The translations under genes were made by a program, and so were the position numbers. From an uncultured Solibacteraceae bacterium (lineage in GTDB: Bacteria > Acidobacteriota > Terriglobia > Bryobacterales > Bryobacteraceae): a stretch of DNA of 40,338 bases. Shown here in pieces: positions 32,460 to 40,338 of this stretch. The stretch's first letter is position 1; each line of letters starts with the position of its first letter. Under the pieces are notes generated by a model that was not told the origin of the DNA, did not search any database, and saw nothing but the letters and a program-made list of their open reading frames with translations. The stretch is taken from assembly GCA_964590625.1 (NCBI GenBank), contig CAZPZE010000922.1, positions 1 to 40,338 of the forward strand. Reading direction: 5' to 3'.

Positions 32460-35126
32460 GGGTTCGAGCGTCAGCTTCGCTTCGACAATTCCGCCGCCGC
32501 CGAATTCTATCGTAAAGCCCAGTTTGCGGCAGAGGCCGATCATGGCAGCGTTGCTCTCGCGGATATCCGCCGTGATCAGCGATAGATTTTCATCGCGTGC
32601 AATGCCAATCAGCCGCCGCGCTATTTCCATGCCGAGTCCGCGGCGCTGCAGGCGGTCTTCGATGAGCACGCCCAGTTCGGCGGCGCGTTCGAAGTGCGCG
32701 CGGCTGAGCCGCCCGACGCCCAGGATTTCGCCCTGCTGCTCTGCGACCAGAGCAATCTCACGGTCGTAATCCGCAAAGCACACGCGGAGAAGACGCTCGT
32801 GCGAGCGGCGCGTTTCGAGAGAGATGGGCCCGAGATAGCGCTGCGAGACCGATTGTTCGGAGAGCCGGGTGTGGAAGCGCGCGATGGCGGGCTCATCTTC
32901 CGGCCGGATGGGCCGAATGATGATTTGACCGCCGCCGGGAAATTCCCACGGCTTCACGTATTGCGACGGATAGGGCCGGATCGCGGGGCGAGGAAGCGCC
33001 GCGGCGTCCGCCGCATGAAGGATGACGCGCGCATCGAGAGCCAGAATGCCGGAAGGCGATGCCAGCAGCGGATTGATATCGATTTCTTTGATGGCGGGGT
33101 TTTCGAGAACGAGATCGCTGAAGCGGACCAGGATGTTTTCGAGGGCCGCGAGATCCACGCTGCGGCGTCCGCGAACGCCGCCCAGCGCGGTGAAGATTTT
33201 CGTGCGCCGCATGAGCGAAGCGGCGAGTGTGGTGTTGAGAGGCGGCAGCCCGATCGCGCGATCCCGGTAGACTTCGACGAGCTGTCCGCCGCTGCCGAAC
33301 AGAATGATGGGGCCGAACTGCGGATCCATGCTGGCGCCGAGGATCAGTTCGTAGCCGTCGCGGGGCGCCATCTGCTGGACGGTGACTCCCTGGAAGTGCT
33401 GCGCGCCGGCTTTTTCGGTAACGGACTGGCGGATGGTCTGAAATGCCCGGATCACTTCATCGCGGCTGCCGATGTTGAGCTGAACGCCGCCGACGTCCGT
33501 CTTGTGAGTAACGGTTTCGGAATGCAGTTTGACGGCGACGGGGAACGTCATCTGTTCCGCGATGGCGGCGGCTTCCGCTTCGGTGCGCGCGATCGCGGTG
33601 CGGACGCAGGGAATTCCCCACGCTTCGAGCAACTGTTTGGATTCGGCTTCGGTGAGCAGAAGCCGGCCGGACGCACGAATCCTGCCGAGCTGCGATGCGG
33701 TTCCGGCGCGGGCGCTCTCACTCGATGCGGGCGCGGGCTTCTCCGGCGTCTGGTAGAGCGATTCGATTCCCACGCTGTAATTCCACGTGAGATCGAAGAT
33801 GCGCGCGGCGGAATCCGGATAGCTGTAAGTCGGAATCCTGGCTTCGTTGAGGATAGCTTCGCCGCGCATCGCCTGTTCGCCGCCCATCCAGCTCGCGAAG
33901 ACCGGCTTGCCGATGGCGCGAAGCGTGGGCGCGAGGACTTCAGCAACGGTCACCGGATTTGTAGGACCCGTAGGGGCCAGCGCCACCAGAATGCCATCCG
34001 TGCCGGCGTCGCGGGCGACGATATCGAGGACCTTGCAGAAGCGCTCCGGCGTGGCATCGCCGAGAATATCGACGGGATTGGCGTGACTCCAGTGGGGCGG
34101 AAGAATTTCGTTGAGGCGCGCGAGGGCGGCAGGAGAGAGTTCGGCCAGCTGACCGCCGCCGGCGAGCAGGGCATCGGCCGCGAGGACGGCGGGGCCTCCC
34201 GCATTCGTGACGATGGCGAGGCGGGGGCCTTTCGGACGAGGCTGTTTGTCGAGCGCTTCGGAAAGATTGAAGAGCTCGGCGATGGTATCGACGCGCACCA
34301 CACCGCATCGGCGGAACGCGGCATCCAGCACGTCATCGCTGCCAGTCAGGGCACCGGTGTGCGAGGCCGCGGCCTTCGCAGCGGCTTCACTGCGTCCGGG
34401 TTTCAGTACAATGATCGGCTTCGATAATGCGACTTCGCGGGCGGCGGACATGAAAGACCGCGCGTCGCCGACCGATTCCATATAGATCGCAATGCTGCGG
34501 GTTTTTGGATCGTCTTCGAGATAGCGGATGAGATCGCCCCAGCCGACATCGGCCATCGAACCGACGGAGACGAAAGCGCTGAAGCCCATATGTTCGCGAT
34601 GGCTCCAGTCCAGAATCGCGGTGCAGAGAGCGCCGCTCTGGCTGATGAACGCGAGATTTCCGGGCCGTGCCATAGAGTTGGCGAAGGTCGCGTTGAGTCC
34701 GTGATGCGGACTCATGAGACCGAGGCAGTTCGGGCCGATGATGCGCATACCGCCGGCGCGCGCTTCACGGATGATGCGGTCTTCGAGCGCGCATCCCGCA
34801 GGGCCGGTCTCGCGGAAGCCGGCGGATATCACGATGGCCGCCTTCACACCGGCGGATGCGCAATCCGCAATCACTGCCGGAACGGTTTCGGCGGGCGTGG
34901 CGATTACCGCCATCTCCACGCCTGTGCCGATGGCGCTGACGGATGGATAGCACCGCAAGCCGCGAAGCGTCTCATGCTTCGGATTGACGGGATAAACGGG
35001 CCCACCGAAGGATGTCTGGGTCAGGTTGTCCAGAATCGAGCGGCCGACGGCGCCAGGCTTTTCGGTAGCTCCGACCAGCGCCACGTTGCGCGGGCGGAAA
35101 AAACAATCCAGCGGAGTGTGGCTCAT
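32439..35126 (-). CDS. pat: Pat/YfiQ-type protein lysine acetyltransferase (ADP-forming acyl-CoA synthetase-like domains plus C-terminal GNAT)
   Basis: 895 aa. N-terminal CoA-binding [17 protein letters not shown], succinyl-CoA-synthetase-like and ATP-grasp regions, and a C-terminal GNAT domain ([16 protein letters not shown]...[12 protein letters not shown]). Confidence 0.85.
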   Translation of the reverse strand: MSHTPLDCFFRPRNVALVGATEKPGAVGRSILDNLTQTSFGGPVYPVNPKHETLRGLRCYPSVSAIGTGVEMAVIATPAETVPAVIADCASAGVKAAIVISAGFRETGPAGCALEDRIIREARAGGMRIIGPNCLGLMSPHHGLNATFANSMARPGNLAFISQSGALCTAILDWSHREHMGFSAFVSVGSMADVGWGDLIRYLEDDPKTRSIAIYMESVGDARSFMSAAREVALSKPIIVLKPGRSEAAAKAAASHTGALTGSDDVLDAAFRRCGVVRVDTIAELFNLSEALDKQPRPKGPRLAIVTNAGGPAVLAADALLAGGGQLAELSPAALARLNEILPPHWSHANPVDILGDATPERFCKVLDIVARDAGTDGILVALAPTGPTNPVTVAEVLAPTLRAIGKPVFASWMGGEQAMRGEAILNEARIPTYSYPDSAARIFDLTWNYSVGIESLYQTPEKPAPASSESARAGTASQLGRIRASGRLLLTEAESKQLLEAWGIPCVRTAIARTEAEAAAIAEQMTFPVAVKLHSETVTHKTDVGGVQLNIGSRDEVIRAFQTIRQSVTEKAGAQHFQGVTVQQMAPRDGYELILGASMDPQFGPIILFGSGGQLVEVYRDRAIGLPPLNTTLAASLMRRTKIFTALGGVRGRRSVDLAALENILVRFSDLVLENPAIKEIDINPLLASPSGILALDARVILHAADAAALPRPAIRPYPSQYVKPWEFPGGGQIIIRPIRPEDEPAIARFHTRLSEQSVSQRYLGPISLETRRSHERLLRVCFADYDREIALVAEQQGEILGVGRLSRAHFERAAELGVLIEDRLQRRGLGMEIARRLIGIARDENLSLITADIRESNAAMIGLCRKLGFTIEFGGGGIVEAKLTLEPLAAAVV

Positions 35127-35132
35127 TTGAGT

Positions 35133-35966
35133 TCAGATGCTGAGAACGGCGCAGGGAGCTTCGCGGACGATTTCGTAAAGCGACGACCAGATTCGCGCGA
35201 GGTTCTCCTGCGCGAGGCCCCGCCCGGTCACGACAAGATCCGCATTGCGGCTGGTGGCTTCCTCGCGAATCGTGCTGGCGATCATTCCGCCCGCGACGCG
35301 GTGAGGCGCATCGATTCCGAGCTTGCCTTTCAGCTCGCGCATGCGGGCGTTCTCGGAAGCGACAATCTCTCGCTCATACACCGCGTAATCGAATTCCATG
35401 GATGCGGGCGGGAGCGCGACGACATGGACAATTGCGAGACTCGCGTCGTATTCTTCGGCCAGCCAGGAGGCTGCGCGGAGAACGCCCTCGGCTTCGGCGG
35501 TTTCATCGAGCGCGCAAAGAATGGATTTATAGGGCGGGGCCTTGCGGATAGCGTCCGGACCGGCAGTCCAGACGGCCGCGCTGGAATCGTGCAGGACTTT
35601 CGCCGTGACCGATCCAAGGAGCAGGCGGCGGAGCGGGCCCCAGCCGTGGGTTGGAAGCATCACAAGGTCCGAGCCCTGCTGCACGATTGTCCTCGTGATC
35701 ACCGATCCTGGTTCACCGGGCGCCGCGCAGCATTCCACGTGCTGTACCGGGAGAACTTTCGATGCCCACGCGCGCAGCCGATGGTTTTCGAAGACCCGAA
35801 GCTCATCGACGTCTGTGAACGTGGAGTGCGCCGCCTTTTCATCCCAGGCGTGGACGAGGCTGAGCTCGCACGACAGGCGCGCGGTCATTTCCTTCACCCA
35901 GGGAAGGATCGACTCGCAGGCGGGTGAGTAATCGGTGGGGAAAAGGATTCGTCGGAACGGGATCAT
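35133..35966 (-). CDS. Universal stress protein, tandem USP domains
   Basis: 277 aa, MIPFRRILFPTDYS, second domain SILCALDET. It ends 6 nt before the Pat start, so probably the same operon. Confidence 0.85.
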   Translation of the reverse strand: MIPFRRILFPTDYSPACESILPWVKEMTARLSCELSLVHAWDEKAAHSTFTDVDELRVFENHRLRAWASKVLPVQHVECCAAPGEPGSVITRTIVQQGSDLVMLPTHGWGPLRRLLLGSVTAKVLHDSSAAVWTAGPDAIRKAPPYKSILCALDETAEAEGVLRAASWLAEEYDASLAIVHVVALPPASMEFDYAVYEREIVASENARMRELKGKLGIDAPHRVAGGMIASTIREEATSRNADLVVTGRGLAQENLARIWSSLYEIVREAPCAVLSI

Positions 35967-36083
35967 GCCCGTGAGAGGGCAAGCTCCGGGCCGCGCGAGC
36001 GAAGCGATATGTTGCTTATTTTCAGAAGGACGCGCTGACGATCTGAGACGCGCCCAGCGGGGCTGCGCGCAACCTGCGGGATT

Positions 36084-37853
36084 TCACGCAACTGGTCTGG
36101 CCGTTCCGGCTTTTGCGCTGAAAGGAGTCAGATCGTAACGCGCCTGGATCTCGCGCACGATCGATTCGAGGGCGTCGCGGGACAACGTCTCGCGATAACG
36201 GTCTTCGATGCGGCCGACCTCCGCGCCCAACTGATAATCGCCGAACACGCCGACGATCCAGTGCGAGAAATCGTTGCGGCGGAGGTGCCCGTCGAAATGC
36301 CGGGCGGGCTCGTGATCCAGAATCTCCGCCATCTCACCGAGGGTGCGAGCGCGCTGGCCGGTCTGGCCGGATTCATTCCAGAAGATGAAAGCGCGGCTGT
36401 CTTCGATGGGGATATCCACGTACTTCGCGAGATGACGGACGTGCGGGGTCAGCCGCGGGGCGAGATGAATTCGCCGGATGCCGCCCCGCGCCTCTTCAGT
36501 GACGGGGAGCGCGGCCGCCTCGCCGATCACGAGGTCACGGAACAGATTGACCCACTCGGCTTCCGTTCGAGCCGTGGTGGGACAGAGAGACCTGAGGGTC
36601 TGGACTTCCGCGGGATCCGATTCACGCGTTGCGAGAACCACCTGACTGGCTTTCAGCGACTCCGGACAGAGAGCGGACGCGCGATACGTGACAAACGTGT
36701 AACCGCTGAGCTCGAGATCGAGCAGGCCGCGCGATTCGGCGTCCTGCAGGAAGTAGTGGGCTTCATCGAGAACGATGCGATGCGGAAGGCCTGTACGGCG
36801 GCGCAGCATGGCAAGAGCCGGCAGAACGCTGCGAACGTATTCGAGCTTCTGCGGATACTCCGTGTGGGAGAGATCGATCACAACGCTGACATCGGAGTGC
36901 CGCAGCGCGCGCACCAGATCCCGCGGACGCGGCAGCGGATCTCTGCCCCCCATCACGGTGACGCCTGGAAGGACTTCGAGCGACGTGTAGTCCCCTTCGG
37001 GGTCGAGAACGCACACCGAGTAGCCGTAAAGAATCAACTGTTCGCAAAGTAACCCCGTCACCCAGGACTTTCCGGATTTCGGCTCGCCGGCCACGAGGAC
37101 ATTTCGTCCCCGAACGGCGAGAGCGAACTGGTCGCCGGCATCCGTATGGCCGAGCAGCAGGCGGCGGCGCGCCGCGTTCGGGATCGGAAGGAAGCCGTGA
37201 CCGGCGATTTCGGTCAGGTATCTGGCGACTGCGCTGGGGCCGTCGCCCTGCAGAACATGGTCGGCGGCACGCTGCAGCACCTCGCTGCCCCAGCTGACGG
37301 CCACACCGACCTCACAGAGACGCAGCAGCTCGTGATCGTTCTCGGCGTCACCGATTCCGAGGGCATTGTGCGGAGAAAGCCGCAGGATGGTCAGCGCCTG
37401 CTCAAGGCCGGTGGCTTTGGTGACTGCCTGCGGCAGCACCATGACGCGGCCGCGATTGAACATGAGCGTGAGGGGAAGTTCGAGCCTCTGGAGCAGGCCG
37501 AGGATTCGGGGTCCTTCGATTGCGGACGCTTCGATCACGGCGCGTCCCCAGGCGTGTTCAATGCCCGCGGCGCGGAGCTCCGCCAGCAGAACCTCGGAAG
37601 GCGGCGGGGCAAGCGTCAGGGAGTAGCCGGTGTCCGGAAATTCAATGGCGGCTCCGTTTTCGGCGACTACGGCATCGAGGAAATGGAGATCGCCGATGAC
37701 GCGGCGCAGGTCCTCCAGAATGCGGCCTGTAACCAGAATGACAACAATGCCCCGGCGCCGCAGCTCGCCGATGGCGATACGAACGTCGGGATTCAGGACG
37801 TCATTCGTCGCAATGGTCCCGTCGAAATCGATAGCGAGCACCAGAAATTTCAT
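36084..37853 (-). CDS. Fusion protein: N-terminal HAD-IIB (Cof-type) phosphatase, a HerA/DUF87-like P-loop ATPase, and an uncharacterised C-terminal domain
   Basis: 589 aa from the ATG at 37853 (MKFLVLAIDFDGTI is HAD motif I). Other HAD motifs: VTGR, TKATGL, GDAENDHELL. Then Walker A VAGEPKSGKSW and Walker B RIVLDEAHYF. The C-terminal 130 aa or so (…RNDFSHWIVGVFGDYQLG…) are unassigned. Confidence 0.8.
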   Translation of the reverse strand: MKFLVLAIDFDGTIATNDVLNPDVRIAIGELRRRGIVVILVTGRILEDLRRVIGDLHFLDAVVAENGAAIEFPDTGYSLTLAPPPSEVLLAELRAAGIEHAWGRAVIEASAIEGPRILGLLQRLELPLTLMFNRGRVMVLPQAVTKATGLEQALTILRLSPHNALGIGDAENDHELLRLCEVGVAVSWGSEVLQRAADHVLQGDGPSAVARYLTEIAGHGFLPIPNAARRRLLLGHTDAGDQFALAVRGRNVLVAGEPKSGKSWVTGLLCEQLILYGYSVCVLDPEGDYTSLEVLPGVTVMGGRDPLPRPRDLVRALRHSDVSVVIDLSHTEYPQKLEYVRSVLPALAMLRRRTGLPHRIVLDEAHYFLQDAESRGLLDLELSGYTFVTYRASALCPESLKASQVVLATRESDPAEVQTLRSLCPTTARTEAEWVNLFRDLVIGEAAALPVTEEARGGIRRIHLAPRLTPHVRHLAKYVDIPIEDSRAFIFWNESGQTGQRARTLGEMAEILDHEPARHFDGHLRRNDFSHWIVGVFGDYQLGAEVGRIEDRYRETLSRDALESIVREIQARYDLTPFSAKAGTARPVA

Positions 37854-37971
37854 TGGAACTTCCTCGCCAGAGAGAAGTGCACCCCGCATTCCGGCGCTTG
37901 CGCATCCCTTATCTTTCTCCTGCCAGAAGTTAGGTTTTTGCGCTGGGTGATTTCTATCAAGGCGGCCCCCG

Positions 37972-37997
37972 GCGCTGCGCGATGTCACCCAGCCCGC
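37972..37997 (+). promoter_or_regulatory. Conserved intergenic element (copy 2), candidate enhancer/operator
   Basis: GCGCTGCGCGATGTCACCCAGCCCGC matches 20646-20671 at 23 of 26 positions. It sits between the divergent HAD-ATPase and Hsp20 genes. Its TCACCCAGC arm (37985-37993) is inverted relative to GCTGGGTGA at 37942-37950. Confidence 0.55.
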
Positions 37998-38043
37998 CCG
38001 CGGGCCATGGGCCGTTTCAGAGTACTTAGAACGTGTCTGATGC

Positions 38044-38060
38044 TGGTGAACGGAGTGCAT
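38044..38060 (+). promoter_or_regulatory. Candidate -24/-12 promoter for hsp20
   Basis: TGGTGAACGGAGTGCAT has GG-N10-GC spacing and a TGCA -12 element. It lies 36 nt upstream of the ATG at 38095. Confidence 0.35.
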
Positions 38061-38094
38061 GGCGGAGAGCGGCAACCAACCAGGGAGGTTATCA

Positions 38095-38601
38095 ATGCCA
38101 AACGTAGAAATTCAGAAGGTGAAAGACGTCCAAAAAACCAGGCTTCCTTTTTTTGAGGAATTTGAAAAGCGCTTCAATGACATCCAGCAGCGTGCGTTCC
38201 AGCTGTTCGAGAGTGGCGGACGCAAGTTCGGCCATGAGCTCGAGGACTGGCTGACCGCAGAGCGGGAAGTCTTCGGTTCGCCGGCGGCCGAACTCGCCGA
38301 CAAAGGCGATGCCTATGAGCTGCAGATGGCTCTTCCGGGCTTTGAGCCGAAGGATGTGGAAGTGACAGCGACACCGGAGGAGATCATCATCCATGCCGCC
38401 AGCACTCAGGAGAAGAAGTCGGAGAAAAAGAACGTGCTCTGGAGTGAATTCACTTCAAGCGACCTTTATCGCCGGATTCCGGCTCCGACGCCGCTGAATA
38501 CCGACAGTGCGACGGCAACGCTCGAAAAGGGTGTGCTGCGCATTACGGCGCCGAAGGCGACGGAGTCGAAGCCGAAACCCGTGGCGATCAAAGCCGCGTA
38601 G
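38095..38601 (+). CDS. Hsp20/alpha-crystallin family small heat-shock protein
   Basis: 168 aa from the ATG at 38095, preceded by GGGAGG. Alpha-crystallin domain YELQMALPGFEPKDVEVTATPEEIIIHA...ATLEKGVLRITAPK. Confidence 0.9.
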   Translation: MPNVEIQKVKDVQKTRLPFFEEFEKRFNDIQQRAFQLFESGGRKFGHELEDWLTAEREVFGSPAAELADKGDAYELQMALPGFEPKDVEVTATPEEIIIHAASTQEKKSEKKNVLWSEFTSSDLYRRIPAPTPLNTDSATATLEKGVLRITAPKATESKPKPVAIKAA

Positions 38602-38635
38602 GAGCCAAAGCCCGGTCCCGGAGGAGGGAGGAAAA

Positions 38636-38674
38636 GGGGCTCGCCGGAATGTCCGGCCGAGCCCCTTTTTCTTT
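38636..38674 (+). terminator. Strong intrinsic terminator after hsp20
   Basis: GGGGCTCGCCGG (38636-38647), loop AATGT, then CCGG-C-CGAGCCCC (38653-38665). This gives a 12-bp stem with one bulge, followed by TTTTTCTTT. Confidence 0.8.
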
Positions 38675-38707
38675 GGATGCCGTGGCGCTGAGAGGATGCC
38701 GCGGCCC

Positions 38708-39793
38708 TCAGACCGTAGAGAGAGTCCGTTCCTCCGTCTCCGCCAGCGCCAGAGTGTGCTGCGCGGATGCGAGATCCAGAACAATGCGCCCCTGAACCGC
38801 ACCTACCTCCAGCTGATTGAAGACATCGTTAATGCTCTCGAGCGGACGCGTCTGAATATGCGCGGTGATGTTCGCATCCGCGGCTATCTCGAGCGCTTCG
38901 CGCATGTCGGCCCTCGTCCCGACGAGTGAGCCCCGAACCGTGATTCCCTTCAGGACGACGTCGAAGAGCGGCAGCGGGAATTCTCCGGGCGGGAGGCCGA
39001 CAAGGACGCACGTACCGGCGCGCCGCGTCATCCCCACCCCCTGGCGGAACGCCGGAAGCGAAGGGGCTGTGACGAGCACGCCGTGCGCGCCTCCCGTCAG
39101 CCGCAGGATTTCCGGCACAGGGTCATTGCTGGCGGAGTTCACCGTGAACTCAGCGCCGAGACGCCGCGCGAGCGCGAGTTTCTCGTCATGAACGTCGACA
39201 GCGACCACGTGCATTCCCATGGCTCTCGCGTACTGAATGGCAAGATGGCCGAGGCCGCCAACACCGACGATTGCGGCCCACTGGCCAGGACGCGCTCCGG
39301 TTTGTTTCAAACCTTTGTAGGTGGTCACACCGGCGCACAGCAGCGGCGCGGCGGTGACGGAACTCATGTTGGCGGGGATGTGCGGAGCGTAACGCGCGTC
39401 GGCCAGAAAGTATTCAGCGAATCCGCCATTCACGAAATATCCGCTGTACTGAGCGTTGGGGCAAAGGGATTCTCGCCCTGTAACGCACCATTCACATTCG
39501 CCGCAGGCGCTGTAGAGCCAGGGGATTCCGGCGCGATCGCCCGCCTGGAAAGACTTCACACCCGGGCCGGCGGCGATTACGGCGCCGACCCCTTCATGTC
39601 CGGGAACAAAGGGCAGCGTGGGCTTGATCGGCCAATCGCCATGCACGGCATGGCAATCGGTGTGGCAGACGCCGCACGCCTCGGTGCGCACGAGGATCTC
39701 ATTGGGACCGGGCGTTGGAATTGGCAATTCGGAAATTTCGAGCGGTTGCCCGAAGGCGCGGACGACCGCCGCCCGCATGGTTTTCGATGTCAT
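38708..39793 (-). CDS. Zinc-dependent alcohol dehydrogenase (AdhP/AdhA-like)
   Basis: 361 aa. Catalytic zinc motif CGVCHTDCH...GHEGVG, structural zinc motif CGECEWCVTGRESLC, Rossmann motif GVGGLGH. SD GGAGG upstream of the ATG at 39793. Confidence 0.9.
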   Translation of the reverse strand: MTSKTMRAAVVRAFGQPLEISELPIPTPGPNEILVRTEACGVCHTDCHAVHGDWPIKPTLPFVPGHEGVGAVIAAGPGVKSFQAGDRAGIPWLYSACGECEWCVTGRESLCPNAQYSGYFVNGGFAEYFLADARYAPHIPANMSSVTAAPLLCAGVTTYKGLKQTGARPGQWAAIVGVGGLGHLAIQYARAMGMHVVAVDVHDEKLALARRLGAEFTVNSASNDPVPEILRLTGGAHGVLVTAPSLPAFRQGVGMTRRAGTCVLVGLPPGEFPLPLFDVVLKGITVRGSLVGTRADMREALEIAADANITAHIQTRPLESINDVFNQLEVGAVQGRIVLDLASAQHTLALAETEERTLSTV

Positions 39794-39813
39794 GGAAACC
39801 TCCGGTGGATGTT

Positions 39814-39830
39814 ACGCATCGGCGCAGCCA
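39814..39830 (-). promoter_or_regulatory. Candidate -24/-12 promoter for the alcohol dehydrogenase gene
   Basis: The minus strand reads TGGCTGCGCCGATGCGT, which fits TGGC-N8-TGC and closely resembles the 20746 site. The -12 C is 22 nt before the ATG, leaving room for the GGAGG SD. Confidence 0.45.
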
Positions 39831-39925
39831 ATCGCGCGAACCGCCAAGTCTTTCGGAATACGGGCCTGACGGAAACAGGTAATCGCTTTGGTGAGTGAAT
39901 CAGCGCAGACTGTGTGGATTTGCCG

Positions 39926-40338
39926 CTATCTCCACGCGCGACGGCCCGCGGCGAGCGTGCGGGAGAGCTGCGCATCGTAGCCGTAGATGTCGTCAAAGAA
40001 CCGGACGACGCCGTCTTCGCCGGCGATCGCGGTGCCATAGACAATGAGCACTGGTATCCGCCGGGTGAGTGTTACCTGCACGGTTGCCGGGTCTTCGATG
40101 GCGGCGCGGATGCGTTCGGGAGTCCAGCCGGGCGTGCCAGCCAGAGCCCACTGAGCCAGGCGTTCCGGATCTTCCACGCGGATGCAGCCATGGCTGAAAT
40201 CGCGGCGCGTTTTGGAGAACAGCTCCGTGGCCGGAGTGCCGTGCATATAGACGTCATAGCGGTTCGGAAAGACGAATTTGATCGCCCCGAGCGCGTTATC
40301 CGGGCCTGGCCTCTGGCGAATACGCGTGCCGCCATCGG
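39926..40338 (-). CDS. L,D-transpeptidase (YkuD domain), 5' end outside the window
   Basis: The frame stays open to the window edge. It encodes ...RQRPGPDNALGAIKFVFPNRYDVYMHGTP...FSHGCIRV, which contains the catalytic His/Cys motif. Confidence 0.85.
   Translation of the reverse strand, partial: DGGTRIRQRPGPDNALGAIKFVFPNRYDVYMHGTPATELFSKTRRDFSHGCIRVEDPERLAQWALAGTPGWTPERIRAAIEDPATVQVTLTRRIPVLIVYGTAIAGEDGVVRFFDDIYGYDAQLSRTLAAGRRAWR

Noticed and set aside
804-39898. Many long ORFs antisense to, or out of frame with, the called genes. Examples: 804-1841, 4455-5261, 8734-9468, 13307-14884, 20689-21915, 23582-25375, 28224-29246, 30041-31177, 31305-32369, 32694-34427, 34590-35927, 36261-37052, 37146-38156, 39083-39898
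   Set aside because: Their translations are Arg/Gly/Pro/Ala-rich low-complexity strings with no family motifs. Each fully overlaps a gene with clear homology-type motifs on the other strand or frame, which is typical shadow-ORF behaviour in high-GC DNA.
1-40338. CRISPR arrays, IS elements/transposases, integrases, rRNA genes, toxin-antitoxin or known phage-defence cassettes
   Set aside because: I saw no regularly spaced direct repeats, no terminal inverted repeats flanking a transposase-like ORF, and no ORF with integrase, transposase or defence-type motifs on either strand.

Overview
High-GC chromosomal window with about 31 protein genes. The phylum guess is Acidobacteriota, inferred only from PEP-CTERM cargo proteins, an acidobacterial-type VWFA protein and Tat-signal TIM-barrel enzymes. 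Left to right: (1) a tRNA-Phe-like 3' half with no 5' half, possibly an att remnant. (2) A tightly coupled six-gene cassette at 717-6957: LbH acyltransferase, AsnB-type amidotransferase, aldo/keto reductase, DltC-like carrier protein, NadE-like PP-loop enzyme and adenylate-forming ligase. I cannot assign it to a characterised pathway. (3) A small aromatic meta-cleavage module: GalB-like PIG-L hydratase, LigK/GalC-type aldolase, extradiol dioxygenase and CHMI-type isomerase. (4) A secreted-protein block at 10.2-19.8 kb: two PEP-CTERM proteins, two tandem PQQ-like beta-propellers (one with an RGG-type Gly/Arg tract), a VWFA protein, an unknown 422-aa protein and a Tat TIM-barrel enzyme. This block carries decay signatures, namely a deleted paralog remnant of the TIM-barrel gene and a Ku-like remnant. 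(5) A stress or dormancy-like island at 19.9-40.3 kb: BON protein, three tandem-domain USPs, MgtA, a MacAB-like pump, a sigma54-dependent response regulator, a PAS histidine kinase lacking the canonical H-box histidine, a USP-Pat operon, a HAD-phosphatase/HerA-like ATPase fusion, Hsp20, Zn-ADH and an L,D-transpeptidase. The strongest hunt result is that several island promoters carry -24/-12 (sigma54-type) matches. In addition, two divergent intergenic regions share a 23/26-identical element whose 10-nt core also lies upstream of the regulator gene. Together these suggest one enhancer-dependent regulon. No CRISPR array, IS element, integrase or rRNA was seen.
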